From Patescibacteria group bacterium (lineage in GTDB: Bacteria > Patescibacteriota > Patescibacteriia > JAHJFT01), in assembly GCA_028710985.1 (NCBI GenBank), contig JAQTTB010000002.1, positions 6,888-70,887 on the forward strand: a DNA stretch of 64,000 nt, read 5' to 3'. The stretch's first letter is position 1, and each line of letters starts with the position of its first letter. Of the stretch, positions 28,424 through 39,798 are shown piece after piece. Below the pieces are notes generated by a model, which was given only the letters and a program-made list of their open reading frames with translations, ran no database searches and was not told the origin of the DNA. Both the position numbers and the translations under genes were made by a program.

Positions 28424-29671
28424 CTATAAAATCCGTCCTCTGATCTCGCGATGATACTTCACCGCAAACCGATGCGCCTCATCGCGGACACGGACTAAAA
28501 TTGCTTTGTATTGCTCGCTGACGCGTTTAAGCTCGGGATCGAGCCGGTCGTAAATCAATTCATCTTTTTTGCGCGTAATGCCCTTGGCAATGCCGACCGC
28601 CGGAATGCGCAGCCTAAACAGACTTAAAATTTCCAGAGCGGCATTCACCTGTCCCCTACCGCCGTCAATCAGAATCAAGTCCGGATGCGGCCAGCGGTTC
28701 CGGAAACGCCGCGCCAGAACTTCTTTAAGCATGCCGGTGTCATTGGTGCCGCGGATTGTTTTAATTTTAAATTTGCGGTACTCGCCTTTCGCCGGTTCGC
28801 CTTGATCAAAAACAACCATGCTTCCGACCGCGTGCTGTCCGCTGATCATTGATATATCGTAACCCTCGACCCTTCCAAAAATATTTATGAACTTCTCGCC
28901 GGCCAGGCCGATCTCCGGAGTCGGCTCATCACGCTTTAATAAAGCGATATCCTGAATATGCTCCAATGCGCGGATTTGATTACGGACCGTTGCTGCTTTC
29001 TCGAATTTTGAATTCTCCGACAATCGCTTCATTTCTTTTTTCAGATTCGCAAGAACCCGCGTCTTCCGGCCCTGAAAAAACAAAATCAGGTTGCGGATAA
29101 TTTTTGCGTAATCCGCGCGGCTGATCTTTCCCGCGCACACTCCCGGACATTTGCCAATCTGAAAATTAAAACACGCCCGCTTCTGATTCGGTTCACAGGT
29201 GGAATACGGGATCATCTTGCGGATAAGATCCAGAGCGGCGCGCAGAGAACGCGCCGAAAGATAGGGTCCGAACACGGCTTTGAATCTATTCCTATTCATG
29301 CGCCTGAGCTCAAGTCCACGAATCAGCATGGGCCGCGGAAAATCATCTTTGGTAATCGCGAGATATAAAAAACTTTTATCATCCTTTTCGCGGATATTGT
29401 ATTTGGGCAAATACTTTTTAATCAGATTGGCCTCAAGGATAAGGGCTTCGAGCACCGACAGCGTGATCTGATAATCAATGCGCCGGATGTCCCGGACAAG
29501 GCGCGCGGTCTTGTCGTCATGGGATTTTAGAAAATACGAAGAAACCCGGCTCTTGAGCGAAGCCGCTTTGCCCACATAAATAATCTCGCCGCCCGCGTCG
29601 CGCATCAGATAAACGCCCGGTTCGGCCGGCAATAGATTATTTTTAATTTTTACGTTTTTCGGAATTGCCAT
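28424..29671 (-). CDS. uvrC: excinuclease ABC subunit C (short form, no C-terminal HhH)
   Basis: PGVYLM..IYVGKA, KYNI..KDDK, EGYDIS, PDLILIDGG, RDEAHRFA. Confidence 0.93.
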   Translation of the reverse strand: MAIPKNVKIKNNLLPAEPGVYLMRDAGGEIIYVGKAASLKSRVSSYFLKSHDDKTARLVRDIRRIDYQITLSVLEALILEANLIKKYLPKYNIREKDDKSFLYLAITKDDFPRPMLIRGLELRRMNRNRFKAVFGPYLSARSLRAALDLIRKMIPYSTCEPNQKRACFNFQIGKCPGVCAGKISRADYAKIIRNLILFFQGRKTRVLANLKKEMKRLSENSKFEKAATVRNQIRALEHIQDIALLKRDEPTPEIGLAGEKFINIFGRVEGYDISMISGQHAVGSMVVFDQGEPAKGEYRKFKIKTIRGTNDTGMLKEVLARRFRNRWPHPDLILIDGGRGQVNAALEILSLFRLRIPAVGIAKGITRKKDELIYDRLDPELKRVSEQYKAILVRVRDEAHRFAVKYHREIRGRIL

Positions 29672-29723
29672 GACTTGACATTTTTAAGTTTATATTGTAA
29701 GTTTCGCGTATAAGGAGGCTCCC

Positions 29724-30152
29724 ATGGACCAGCACCAAGCCAATAAACTGGAAGCTCTGGGCGGTGCGGTGGTGGAGATGGTTCTTTCCAATAACAGATA
29801 CGCGATCGGCGTTATGGACAATATCGGCAGCGGCACTCTGGCAATCTACTATAAGCGTAGTGTCACTCCCGCGACATTCCAACTCGGACAAATCCAGCAC
29901 CTGTTCAAACTCGGACCGGACAAAAGATTCAATCCCGACAAGCCAGATTATCACCCCAGAGACCGCTTGATGATTGAAGCAACCGACGGATCGACCGTCT
30001 ACGGCTACTTGATACGAGAGCATGAAAATCTCTTGGCCGTGGCCGGGGTAGTCATCATGCCGAACAAGTATCACCGACCCACCTTCTTCAAGCCACACGC
30101 CGAAATCGAACGCATCACCCGCCTCATCGTCATAGAAGAAATCACCCTATAG
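29724..30152 (+). CDS. orphan 142-aa protein inserted antisense between uvrA and uvrC
   Basis: AAGGAGG SD; TTGACA-17-TAAGTT promoter; CTCTGCG/CGCAGAG terminator. Confidence 0.7.
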   Translation: MDQHQANKLEALGGAVVEMVLSNNRYAIGVMDNIGSGTLAIYYKRSVTPATFQLGQIQHLFKLGPDKRFNPDKPDYHPRDRLMIEATDGSTVYGYLIREHENLLAVAGVVIMPNKYHRPTFFKPHAEIERITRLIVIEEITL

Positions 30153-30187
30153 CCCCTTAGTCTCTGCGCCTCGCAGAGCTATTTTTT

Positions 30188-32749
30188 TTATCTCAAAACT
30201 TTTTTTAAATATTGTCCGGTGTAGGATTTCGGATTCGCGGCAATATCTTCGGGCGTTCCCTGCGCCACCAAGCTGCCGCCGCGGTCCCCTCCCTCGGGTC
30301 CCAGATCAATCACCCAGTCCGCGGTTTTTATGACATCCAGATTATGTTCAATCACCACCACCGAATTGCCGCGGTCAACCAAGCGATGCAGAACTTCAAG
30401 CAGTTTTTTTATATCTTCAAAATGCAAACCCGTGGTCGGTTCGTCCAAAAGATAAAAAGTCCGGCCGGTCGGCCGCTTGGCCAGTTCGTTCGCCAGTTTG
30501 ACGCGCTGGGCTTCGCCGCCGGAAAGCGTGGTCGCCGGCTGGCCGAGTTCCATATATCCGAGACCGACCTCGTTCATCACCTTGAGCCGGTCGGCAATCA
30601 GCGGAATGTCTTTGAAAAATTCGTAAGCATCCCCGGCCTCCATATCCAAAACCTGTGAAATGTTTTTTTCTTTCCATTTCACTTCCAGTGTCTCGCGGTC
30701 AAAACGCTTTCCCTTGCACACTTCGCAGGTCACGTAAACCGTGGGCAGAAAATGCATTTCAATCGCGATGTATCCGTGGCCTTCGCAATGTTCGCAGCGG
30801 CCCCCGCCTGCCATCCGGCTTGAGCCGTCAGGCGATTGGCGGGCAGGGCCCGGCACGTTGAAACTGAACCGGCCCGGACGGTATCCGCGGAACTTTGCCT
30901 CCGGCGTCTGCGTGAACAGATCCCGGATGTGCGAGAACGTGCCGGTGTAGGTCGCCGGATTTGAACGCGGCGTCCGGCCGATTGCCGACTGGTCAATCAG
31001 AATCGCCTTGTCCAGATATTCAAGCCCGAGGATCTGTTTTGCCGCGCCGAGCCGGTATCCGGTGCCGTTCAGCCGGTTGGCCAGATACTTGTAGACCACG
31101 TCATACATCAGCGAACTCTTGCCCGAACCGGAAACGCCGGTAACGCAGATGAAACGCCGGAGCGGAATCTCCAGATTCAGGCCCTTGAGATTGTGCTCCT
31201 TGGCGCCGATAATCTTAATCGCGTCGCGGCCGACCGCGCGCCGTTTCGCGGGCAGAGGAATTTCTTTGTCCCGGCGCAGATAAGCGCAGGTTGACGATTC
31301 CGTGTTTTTAAAAATCTCCGGAATTTCACCGCAACACACGACCTCGCCGCCGCGCTTTCCCGCGCCCGGCCCGAAATCAACCAGATAATCCGCCGCGCGG
31401 ATTGTTTCCTCGTCGTGTTCAACCACGATAATCGTGTTGCCGATGTCGCGGAGGTTGGCCAGAGTCTCAATTAATTTCGTATTGTCTTTTTGATGAAGGC
31501 CGATGGTCGGTTCGTCCAGCACGTACAGCGCGCCGACCAGGCGCGATCCGACCTGCGAAGCGAGGCGGATCCGCTGGGCTTCTCCGCCCGAAAGAGTGCC
31601 GGCCGTGCGGTCAAGCGTCAGATATTCCACGCCAACGTCAATCATAAACTGCAGGCGGTCAAGGATTTCTTTCATGGCCGCACCGGCGATTTCTTTTTCG
31701 CGCGCGGTCAGATTCAAGCTAAGAATGAATCTGGTCGCCAAATCTATATCCATGGAAACCAGCTCGTTGATATTTTTGCCGTTTATCAGCACATTCAGCG
31801 CCTCGCGCCGCAGGCGCTTGCCATTGCAGTCCGGGCATATTTCATCCGAATAAATAAATTCCGTGCCAATGCCGTGGCAGGTCGGACAGGCGCCGTAGGG
31901 GCTATTGAAAGAAAAAAGGCGCGGCTCGATTTCCGGAAAACTGAAACCGTCGTCCGGACAGCTGAATTTGGCGGAAAGCGAACGCTCTTCCCTGCCCCCG
32001 AAAATTACGGTAACCAGATTGTTACCGTATTCAAGCGCCACTTCAAGCGATTCCGCCAGGCGCTGGCGGTTCTCTTTGCCCAGCGCGAGCACATCGCTCG
32101 CCGGAATAATATCCGTGACCAGTTCAATGGTGTGCTTCTTGTTTTTGTCTAGTAAAATCCGTCCGCTTAATTTTCTCATCTTACCGTCGACGCGCACGAA
32201 CAAAAATCCGCTGTTATACCAGTCGTACAGCATCTGATAATATTCGCCCTTGCGCCCGCGCACCGCCGGCGCCAAAATATGAATCTCCTCCGCCTTGCCC
32301 GTACCGAGCAGCTTTTTCGCGGCCTTGCCGACCGAATCCACCATCTCCTCAACCGTCATTTTTCTGATTATCTTTCCGCAGACCGGGCAATACGGCACGC
32401 CGATGCGCGCGTAAAGCACGCGCAGATAATCATAGACTTCGGTGATTGTCGCGACCGTGCTGCGCGGATTGGCGCTGTGCGCTTTCTGGTCAATGGAAAT
32501 CGCCGGCGACAATCCCTCAATCTCATCAACGTCCGGCTTCTGCATCTGCCCGAGAAACTGCCGGGCGTAAGCCGAAAGCGATTCAACATAGCGCCTTTGC
32601 CCTTCGGCGAAAATCGTATCAAAAGCCAGGCTCGATTTGCCCGAACCCGAAACGCCGGTGAAGACAACCATTTTATTGCGCGGGATCTCAAGAGAGATAT
32701 TTTTTAAGTTATGTTCCCTAGCTCCCTTGATAATAATCTTATCTTGCAT
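30188..32749 (-). CDS. uvrA: excinuclease ABC subunit A
   Basis: two [10 protein letters not shown] Walker A motifs, two LSGGEAQR signatures, zinc fingers. Confidence 0.98.
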   Translation of the reverse strand: MQDKIIIKGAREHNLKNISLEIPRNKMVVFTGVSGSGKSSLAFDTIFAEGQRRYVESLSAYARQFLGQMQKPDVDEIEGLSPAISIDQKAHSANPRSTVATITEVYDYLRVLYARIGVPYCPVCGKIIRKMTVEEMVDSVGKAAKKLLGTGKAEEIHILAPAVRGRKGEYYQMLYDWYNSGFLFVRVDGKMRKLSGRILLDKNKKHTIELVTDIIPASDVLALGKENRQRLAESLEVALEYGNNLVTVIFGGREERSLSAKFSCPDDGFSFPEIEPRLFSFNSPYGACPTCHGIGTEFIYSDEICPDCNGKRLRREALNVLINGKNINELVSMDIDLATRFILSLNLTAREKEIAGAAMKEILDRLQFMIDVGVEYLTLDRTAGTLSGGEAQRIRLASQVGSRLVGALYVLDEPTIGLHQKDNTKLIETLANLRDIGNTIIVVEHDEETIRAADYLVDFGPGAGKRGGEVVCCGEIPEIFKNTESSTCAYLRRDKEIPLPAKRRAVGRDAIKIIGAKEHNLKGLNLEIPLRRFICVTGVSGSGKSSLMYDVVYKYLANRLNGTGYRLGAAKQILGLEYLDKAILIDQSAIGRTPRSNPATYTGTFSHIRDLFTQTPEAKFRGYRPGRFSFNVPGPARQSPDGSSRMAGGGRCEHCEGHGYIAIEMHFLPTVYVTCEVCKGKRFDRETLEVKWKEKNISQVLDMEAGDAYEFFKDIPLIADRLKVMNEVGLGYMELGQPATTLSGGEAQRVKLANELAKRPTGRTFYLLDEPTTGLHFEDIKKLLEVLHRLVDRGNSVVVIEHNLDVIKTADWVIDLGPEGGDRGGSLVAQGTPEDIAANPKSYTGQYLKKVLR
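30803..30847. repeat. 45-bp palindromic element inserted in frame in uvrA
   Basis: CCTGCCCGCCA...TGGCAGGCGGG on the minus strand adds [15 protein letters not shown] inside FSFNVxGGRC. Confidence 0.8.
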
Positions 32750-32751
32750 GA

Positions 32752-32862
32752 TTAAGTCTAAAATTAAAAGTTAAAAGTCTAAAGTCAAGTTAAAAGTCTA
32801 AAAGTTTATAATTCAATGACTTTTAACTCAACTTTTAACTTTAGACTTTTGACTAAACTTTT
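32752..32862. repeat. inverted array of degenerate 7-mer tandem repeats
   Basis: (TAAAAGT/CTAAAGT)n facing (ACTTTTA/ACTTTAG)n. Confidence 0.7.
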
Positions 32863-32877
32863 TCAGAGAATATTATT

Positions 32878-33489
32878 CTATTGTAAATATGTCGGTGCTT
32901 TTCTCATATAAATATCCCAAAATGCGAGAAGACTCGCCATCCAGTCCCTCATGGTGAACCAGGCGATTTTTTGATAAGACCGGATGTCGACGCTGATTCC
33001 CCACGCATCCAATCCGATTTTATTGCACAAATAAAGGGCGCGCGGCAGATGGAAATTCTGCGTTACCAGAACAACCTTATTCTGGCCCAGTTCGTTCTTC
33101 AGGCGGTAGCAGCTGTCAAACGTCCGCGCGTTATTGCCGTCAACCAGCAGCATTTCATCCGGCACGCCGTTATCATACATATAAAGGACCATGGCCTGGA
33201 TCTCGGGCTGCGCCCAACGGCCGTCATCGCCGCTCAAAATGATTTTTTCGGTCTTTTGCGCCCGCCACGCCCGCACCGCGGTCTCAAGCCTGTCTTCCAG
33301 CGCATCGCTCGGCGTTTTGTCGCGTTTTACACTCGCACCAAGGACCACCATTACCGAATTCTCGGGCAGTGATTCAATGCTGTCGTAAATCTTATACGAA
33401 TATTCAGTCCGCACGCTGTAGGCCAGACCTCCGGCCGCGAGCATCGCCACCACGGTCAGTAAAATTACGATTTTAAGAAATGTTTTCAT
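32878..33489 (-). CDS. ElyC/SanA/YdcF (DUF218) family protein
   Basis: N-terminal TM, VVLGA, ILSGD, RTFDSC, VTQNFHLPRALY. Confidence 0.9.
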   Translation of the reverse strand: MKTFLKIVILLTVVAMLAAGGLAYSVRTEYSYKIYDSIESLPENSVMVVLGASVKRDKTPSDALEDRLETAVRAWRAQKTEKIILSGDDGRWAQPEIQAMVLYMYDNGVPDEMLLVDGNNARTFDSCYRLKNELGQNKVVLVTQNFHLPRALYLCNKIGLDAWGISVDIRSYQKIAWFTMRDWMASLLAFWDIYMRKAPTYLQ

Positions 33490-35471
33490 TGCTTCTTTTT
33501 GAGCACTTTAATTTCATCGCGTAAAACCGCCGCGAGTTCAAACTGCAGCTCAGCCGCCGCTTCTTTCATCTGCCGCTCCTTGTCAGCGATAATTTCCGAA
33601 ATACTGCGGATCTCGGCCGCGATTTCCATACCTAAAATATCCTTCACGTCCCTTTCTTCAAGGCCCAGTATCTTTGTGATATCTTTGATTTTCTTCTTAA
33701 TAGTACGCGGCGTGATGCCGTATTTTTTATTGTAGGCGGCCTGTTTTTTGCGGCGCCGGTTGGTTTCCCCCAGCGCCTGGCGCATGGAACCGGTTATCTC
33801 ATCGGCGTATAGAATGACCTCTCCGCGCACATTGCGGGCCGCTCGGCCGATTGTCTGGACAAGTGAAGTCGCGGAGCGCAGAAATCCTTCCTTATCCGCG
33901 TCCATAATTGCGACCAAGGTCACCTCGGGCAAATCCAATCCTTCACGCAGAAGATTAACGCCAACCAGACAGTCAAACTGGCCCTTGCGGAAACTCGTCA
34001 AAATACGGATGCGCTCCAGGGTGTCAATGCCGCTGTGCAGATACTTTGCTTTAATTCCCTGCTCGAGCAGGTAGTCGGATAAATCCTCGGCCATTTTTTT
34101 AGTGAGAGTTGTCACCAATGAACGCTCCTTGAGACGCGTTCTCTCTTTTACCTCATTGATCAGATCTTCAACCTGGCTTTTGTTCTTACCCTTGGCGGTC
34201 ACCGGCCGCACCGTCACCTCGGGATCAACGAGCCCAGTCGGACGGATAATTTGTTCAACAATCTTGCCGCTCACCTTCATCTCGTACGGACCGGGAGTTG
34301 CGGAGGTAAAAATACAATTCAGAATTTTTTTCTCAAATTCAGAGAATGTCAGCGGCCGATTGTCGTACGCGCTCGGCAGGCGGAATCCGTGATCAATCAA
34401 AGCTTTTTTGCGCGAACGGTCGCCGTTATACATGCCGCCGACCTGCGGCACCGTGACGTGCGATTCGTCGATTACCATCAGGAAATCTTCGGGAAAATAG
34501 GAAATCAAAGTATCCGGCGGTTCTCCGGCCTTGCGTCCGGCGAGATGCCGAGAATAATTTTCAATGCCCGAGCAGTAACCGATCTCGTTCATCATCTCCA
34601 GATCGTATCTGGTACGGCGCTCCAGCCGCTCGGCCTCGAGCAACAAACCGTTTTTATTAAAATATTTCAGACGCTCTTCCATTTCGGCGCGAATCTCCTT
34701 CAGTGCCCGCGCTTTATCCGGCCCCAGGGTAATAAAATGCTTGGCCGGAAAAATCCACGCCTCTTTGAGCGATTCGCGCCTTTTGCGCGACACCGGATCA
34801 ATAGCCTGGATATCCGCAACCTCGTCCGTCCCCAGTTCAACGCGGAAGATTATCTCCTGATTGACCGGCATTATTTCAAAAATATTGCCGCGCGCCCGGA
34901 ACTGTCCGCGCTTTACGTCAGCGTTGGTCCGATTAAATTGCAATTTGATTAACTCACGCATCAATTTAGTCCGTTCCATGGCCCGGCCGGTTTCAATTTT
35001 CAAAACAACCTTTTCGTAAGTTTCCGGCGCGCCCAGGCCGTAAATGCATGATACCGAAGCCACGATAATCACATCCCTGCGCGTCAGCAGGGCCTGGGTG
35101 GCCGCGTGGCGCAGGCGATCGATCTCATCGTTAATATCCGCTTCCTTCTCAATATATGTATCGGTATGAGGCAGATATGCTTCCGGCTGGTAATAATCAT
35201 AATAGGAAACAAAATACTCCACCGCGTTTTCCGGAAAAAATTCGCGGTATTCGTTGCAGAGCTGGGCGGCCAGGGTCTTATTGTGCGCGATCACGAGCGT
35301 CGGCTTCTTGACGCGCGCGATCACGTTCGCCACGGTAAAAGTCTTGCCCGAGCCGGTCACTCCGAGCAGGGTTTGATAGCGCATTCCCCGCGCCACGCCG
35401 GCGGCCAATTTTTCAATGGCCTGAGGCTGGTCGCCCGAAGGCTTGTATTTTGATTTCAGCTTAAAATTCAT
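33486..35471 (-). CDS. uvrB: excinuclease ABC subunit B
   Basis: GDQP, LLGVTGSGKT, FVSYYDYYQPEAY, DESH, NLLREGLD. Confidence 0.98.
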   Translation of the reverse strand: MNFKLKSKYKPSGDQPQAIEKLAAGVARGMRYQTLLGVTGSGKTFTVANVIARVKKPTLVIAHNKTLAAQLCNEYREFFPENAVEYFVSYYDYYQPEAYLPHTDTYIEKEADINDEIDRLRHAATQALLTRRDVIIVASVSCIYGLGAPETYEKVVLKIETGRAMERTKLMRELIKLQFNRTNADVKRGQFRARGNIFEIMPVNQEIIFRVELGTDEVADIQAIDPVSRKRRESLKEAWIFPAKHFITLGPDKARALKEIRAEMEERLKYFNKNGLLLEAERLERRTRYDLEMMNEIGYCSGIENYSRHLAGRKAGEPPDTLISYFPEDFLMVIDESHVTVPQVGGMYNGDRSRKKALIDHGFRLPSAYDNRPLTFSEFEKKILNCIFTSATPGPYEMKVSGKIVEQIIRPTGLVDPEVTVRPVTAKGKNKSQVEDLINEVKERTRLKERSLVTTLTKKMAEDLSDYLLEQGIKAKYLHSGIDTLERIRILTSFRKGQFDCLVGVNLLREGLDLPEVTLVAIMDADKEGFLRSATSLVQTIGRAARNVRGEVILYADEITGSMRQALGETNRRRKKQAAYNKKYGITPRTIKKKIKDITKILGLEERDVKDILGMEIAAEIRSISEIIADKERQMKEAAAELQFELAAVLRDEIKVLKKKQ

Positions 35472-35612
35472 AAAAAGCTGGGCCATTAATACAAATCACC
35501 CCCCTCCTCGGCCCATGCAGGGGGGTATGAAAGATCCTTCACTTCGTTTCCGCCTTAGGCGGATTGAATAAATCAACGGTCTCAATTTAATCCGATTTTA
35601 GCACCTTATCGT

Positions 35613-36962
35613 CTAAAATTCAATTGTCTGCCCAAATGCCGGCACCGCGGCATCGAGCCCGAGCTCGTCGCGCAGTCTGGCCGCCAAGGCCCGGCTCGCC
35701 GCTTCATCTCCATGTACGCAAAAAATCTGCTTTGGCATTGTATCCGCGTTTTTTACCCAATTTATCAGCTTGTTCTGATCGCCATGCGCGGAATAGGAAT
35801 CCAGGGCCACGACCTCGGCCTTCACGCTGATTGCCCGACCGTGAATCTCCACGTGCCGGGCACCCTCGCTGATTCTCCGGCCGAGCGTGCCGCTCGCCTG
35901 ATATGACACAATGAGCAGGGTGCTATTCGGATCCTGGAGATGGCGCTCCAGATGGAACTGGATGCGGCCACCGGTCATCATGCCGCTACCCGCAATGATC
36001 ACCATCGGCGGCTTAATGTCATTAATTTTTTTGGATTCATCCACGCTCAGCGTTTCGTGCAAATTCTTAAAATCAAAGATATCATCTCCGGTTTTTTGCA
36101 GTCCAAGCGCGTCATTGTCATAATATCTGATGTAGTCGCGATAAACCTCGAGCGAACGAATCGCGAGCGGACTGTCCACAAAAATCGGCACGCTTGGAAT
36201 TTTATTATTTTCCACCATGCCATTGAGCTCATATAAAATCTCCTGCGTGCGCTCAATGGAAAAGGCCGGTATCAAAAGCGCGCCTCCGCGCTTCACAGTT
36301 CGGAGTATCACCTCTTGCAATTTCTCTTCACGTCCCGGCGCCGGCTCATGCAAACGGTCGCCGTAGGTTGATTCCAAAAGCAAAAAATCGCAGCCCGGCC
36401 GCGGCATGGTATCTTTAATAATCGGCACCCCGTCGTTTCCGATGTCCCCGGAAAAAATCACGGTTTTCCCTTCGGTCTTGACCAAAACAAACGCCGAACC
36501 AAAAATGTGTCCGGCGTCATAAAACTCAAAAAATATTCCCGGTTCGGGCTCAATGATCCGCCGGTAATCCGCACAATCAAAAAGATTAACCGCACGCTTT
36601 ACATCCGCTTCATGATACAGCGGCTCCTGGCCGTAATACTTCCTACCCATTTCCATGACATTGACGCTATCCATCCACATCAGTTCATTGAGCCGACAGG
36701 TCGGCGCGGTTGAAAAAATCGGCCCGCGAAATCCCTCGCGAACCAACCGGGGAATACGCCCGGTATGATCGATGTGCGAATGAGTGATAATTACCCAATC
36801 AATTTTCGTGGGATCAAACGGAAACGGTTCGTGATTACGCAAATCCGAATACCGCTCGCCCTGAAACATGCCGCACTCGACCAAAAACTTTTTACCGGCC
36901 GCCTCCACGAGATAACACGAGCCCGTCACCTCGCCGGCCGCGCCCAAGAAAGTGAGTTTCAT
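35613..36962 (-). CDS. MBL/beta-CASP ribonuclease (Ysh1/TTHA0252-like)
   Basis: GAAGEVTGS, THSHIDHTG, AGHIFG, ESTYG, YSAH, VHG. Confidence 0.92.
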   Translation of the reverse strand: MKLTFLGAAGEVTGSCYLVEAAGKKFLVECGMFQGERYSDLRNHEPFPFDPTKIDWVIITHSHIDHTGRIPRLVREGFRGPIFSTAPTCRLNELMWMDSVNVMEMGRKYYGQEPLYHEADVKRAVNLFDCADYRRIIEPEPGIFFEFYDAGHIFGSAFVLVKTEGKTVIFSGDIGNDGVPIIKDTMPRPGCDFLLLESTYGDRLHEPAPGREEKLQEVILRTVKRGGALLIPAFSIERTQEILYELNGMVENNKIPSVPIFVDSPLAIRSLEVYRDYIRYYDNDALGLQKTGDDIFDFKNLHETLSVDESKKINDIKPPMVIIAGSGMMTGGRIQFHLERHLQDPNSTLLIVSYQASGTLGRRISEGARHVEIHGRAISVKAEVVALDSYSAHGDQNKLINWVKNADTMPKQIFCVHGDEAASRALAARLRDELGLDAAVPAFGQTIEF

Positions 36963-36968
36963 TAAATG

Positions 36969-37694
36969 TTATTGAATACTGGCAGTTGAAATCTTGCCGA
37001 GATTTTCAGACGTGATGCCCAACCCAAGCGTTCTCATGATATTATATGCATCTTCCGGCCGTCCGAGATAATATTTTTTCTTATCCTTAGGATAAATATA
37101 ATAAGCTTCGCCGTGGGATTGCACATCCAATAAGATTCGACCGACTACGTAATCAGGAAAATAAGTGGTGTTCGAGATAAAACTGTGCGTGGCGCCGAGT
37201 CCGAGCTTGCGCATGATATCAAAAGCATCCGCCGCCCGTCCGAGATAATACCGCCTCAGATTAACCGGATAGTAATAATATGCCTCGCCATGGCTCTGCA
37301 CATCAAGAAAAATATAACCCTTATACCGCGCCAGACTCGCGGCGGTTTCTGTCGATGCCCCGGACGAACCGGTTGAACCGGTCGTGGTAAGCGCCTTTGA
37401 GGTTGACTGCATCAGCGCCGCGCCGACCCAGCCCTCGGTTCCGTTTGACAATCGGACATTATTCCAACCGTCGGTATAACCAATGACACTAATCACGCTG
37501 CCCTTTACCACCGTGGTAAGTATCTTTGAATCGGTAGTGCATGGAAAATCGCGCACATACGCAGAGATAATCACTTCTCCGTTTTCATTTCTGTCGTAAA
37601 TCGGATCGCATCCGCAACACTCGCCTGCCCGGACCGGATTGGCCACAACCGCCATAGCGGCGAATAAAATCGCACAAATCACAAATATTCTCAT
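36969..37694 (-). CDS. secreted SH3-domain protein with two C-terminal repeats
   Basis: signal peptide, GW..V...GWV SH3b pattern, duplicated LDVQSHGEAYY..P...YYLGR. Confidence 0.82.
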   Translation of the reverse strand: MRIFVICAILFAAMAVVANPVRAGECCGCDPIYDRNENGEVIISAYVRDFPCTTDSKILTTVVKGSVISVIGYTDGWNNVRLSNGTEGWVGAALMQSTSKALTTTGSTGSSGASTETAASLARYKGYIFLDVQSHGEAYYYYPVNLRRYYLGRAADAFDIMRKLGLGATHSFISNTTYFPDYVVGRILLDVQSHGEAYYIYPKDKKKYYLGRPEDAYNIMRTLGLGITSENLGKISTASIQ

Positions 37695-37762
37695 ATTATT
37701 AATTTAATCATTATCCATGTTTCATTATAACAAAATAGCTTCATCTTTGACAGATGAAGCTA

Positions 37763-39565
37763 TCATCGCGATCCTCCTGCCCTCCGCCGCGACGCCCGGA
37801 TCCTGTCCGTGTCCGTCAGCAGCTGCTTGCGCAAACGAACGCTCTGCGGCGTTATCTCCATATACTCGTCTTCGGCCATGATTTCCAGGCCGCGTTCCAG
37901 GGTCAATTCCACCGGCGGATCGAGCTGAATCGCGATATCCGAACTCGATGAACGCATATTGGTCAGATGCTTGCCCTTGATTGGATTAACCGTCATATCA
38001 TCGCCCTTGGCCGTATTGCCGATAACCTGGCCCTCGTACACCTCCACGTTCGGCTTTACGAACAGGGCCCCGCGGTTTTCCAGATTGGCGAGCGAATAGG
38101 CCAGTACCTTACCGGTTTCTCCAGAGATCATTGAACCCACATCGCGCTTCTCGATTTCTCCGACATGCGGTTTAAAGCCGATAAATTCACTGCACAGAAT
38201 CCCCTCGCCGCGCGTATCCACGATGAATTCACTGCGGTAGCCCAGCATGCCCCGCGTCGGTATTTCAAAAATCAAACGTGTATGATTTTGCTCGGGCCGC
38301 ATTTCCAGCATCTTGCCTTTCCGCTTTGACATTTTTTCAATCACCGTACCGACCGCATCTGAATTAATATCAATTGTCACCTCCTCGAACGGTTCTAGGC
38401 GGACGTCATTTTCTTCTTTAACAATAACCTGCGGCTGTGAAACCTGAAGTTCAAAACCCTCGCGGCGCATATTTTCCAAAAGTATGGCGATGTGCAATTC
38501 GCCCCGTCCGTAAACCTTGTACGACTCAACCGGCGAAAAATCGATTTTCAAACCCACGTTCACTTCAAGTTCTTTTTCCAGACGCTCCTTGATTTGCCGG
38601 CTGGTAACGAATCGACCCTCGCGTCCGGCAAACGGCGAATTATTAACCAAAAAATTCAAAGAAATTGTCGGGTCATCGATTTTTATGGCGGCGAGCAATT
38701 TCTGGTCCGGATCACGGCAGACCGTGTCGCCAATATATATCTGCGGCAATCCGGCGATCATAACGATGTCTCCGGCCGTAACCTCGGATACCTCTTTTCT
38801 GACCACGCCCTCAAAAGTAAAAAGCTTGGTGATCTCTCCAGGTACTATTTCGCCGGTGTGCTTTTTGACAAAAACATTGTCACCGACATGCGCCGCGCCC
38901 TGATATACCCTGCCGATACCCATGCGGCCGAGATAATTATCGTACGCCAAATTAAACGGCTGAAAAGCAAGAGGCAGATCAACCTCCGCCTCGGCCGGCA
39001 TCACCTTTTCCAAAATCGTATCCAGAAGCGGAGTCAAATCGCTTGACTCATCCGCGAGATTCATCTTAGCGATCCCCTGCTTAGCGATGGCATAGACCGT
39101 GGTGAAATCAAGCTGCTCATCGGTCGCACCCAAATCCATAAATAATTCCAGAATTTTTTCATGCGTCCAGTCAGGCCGCGCCGCCAGTTTGTCAATTTTG
39201 TTAATTACCACAATCGGCTTCAGGCCAAGGGCCAAAGATTTTTTTAAAACAAACTTTGTCTGGGGCATCGGACCCTCCTGCGCGTCCACGAGTAAAAGCA
39301 CGGAATCAATGGAGCGCAGAACGCGCTCCACCTCGGAACCGAAATCCGCATGTCCCGGAGTATCCACGATATTAATTTTTGTACCCCTGTAAAAAACCGA
39401 CGTATTTTTTGAATAGATAGTAATACCGCGCTCTTTCTCAAGAGCGTTTGAATCCATGCTGGTTTCATCATCGCTCACCATGCCGGTCTGACGCATCAGC
39501 GCGTCGGTCAGGCGCGTCTTGCCATGGTCAACATGGGCGATGATCGCGATATTGCGTATTTCCAT
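37763..39565 (-). CDS. typA: translational GTPase TypA/BipA
   Basis: RNIAIIAHVDHGKT, DTPGHADF, GRGELH, RREG. Confidence 0.96.
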   Translation of the reverse strand: MEIRNIAIIAHVDHGKTRLTDALMRQTGMVSDDETSMDSNALEKERGITIYSKNTSVFYRGTKINIVDTPGHADFGSEVERVLRSIDSVLLLVDAQEGPMPQTKFVLKKSLALGLKPIVVINKIDKLAARPDWTHEKILELFMDLGATDEQLDFTTVYAIAKQGIAKMNLADESSDLTPLLDTILEKVMPAEAEVDLPLAFQPFNLAYDNYLGRMGIGRVYQGAAHVGDNVFVKKHTGEIVPGEITKLFTFEGVVRKEVSEVTAGDIVMIAGLPQIYIGDTVCRDPDQKLLAAIKIDDPTISLNFLVNNSPFAGREGRFVTSRQIKERLEKELEVNVGLKIDFSPVESYKVYGRGELHIAILLENMRREGFELQVSQPQVIVKEENDVRLEPFEEVTIDINSDAVGTVIEKMSKRKGKMLEMRPEQNHTRLIFEIPTRGMLGYRSEFIVDTRGEGILCSEFIGFKPHVGEIEKRDVGSMISGETGKVLAYSLANLENRGALFVKPNVEVYEGQVIGNTAKGDDMTVNPIKGKHLTNMRSSSSDIAIQLDPPVELTLERGLEIMAEDEYMEITPQSVRLRKQLLTDTDRIRASRRRAGGSR

Positions 39566-39645
39566 ATTGATTAATCATATGAGTATAGTCCAAAATTATT
39601 AGTCTGTCAAACGTCTAGCCGAATGTAATCGATATTCAAGCATTG

Positions 39646-39726
39646 GGAATCAGGAATCAAGAATCATGAATCAGGAATAAAGCCCATCGCAACGCCCCTA
39701 ATTCCTGATTCCTAATTCTTGATTCT
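39646..39726. repeat. inverted array of 7-mer tandem repeats
   Basis: (GAATCAG/GAATCAA)n facing (ATTCCTG/ATTCTTG)n. Confidence 0.7.
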
Positions 39727-39798
39727 CTCCGTAGCAATTACTCCTCTTGATAAATAAAACCGCTCGACTAAAAGCCAGAGCGGATTTATTAAACGTGA

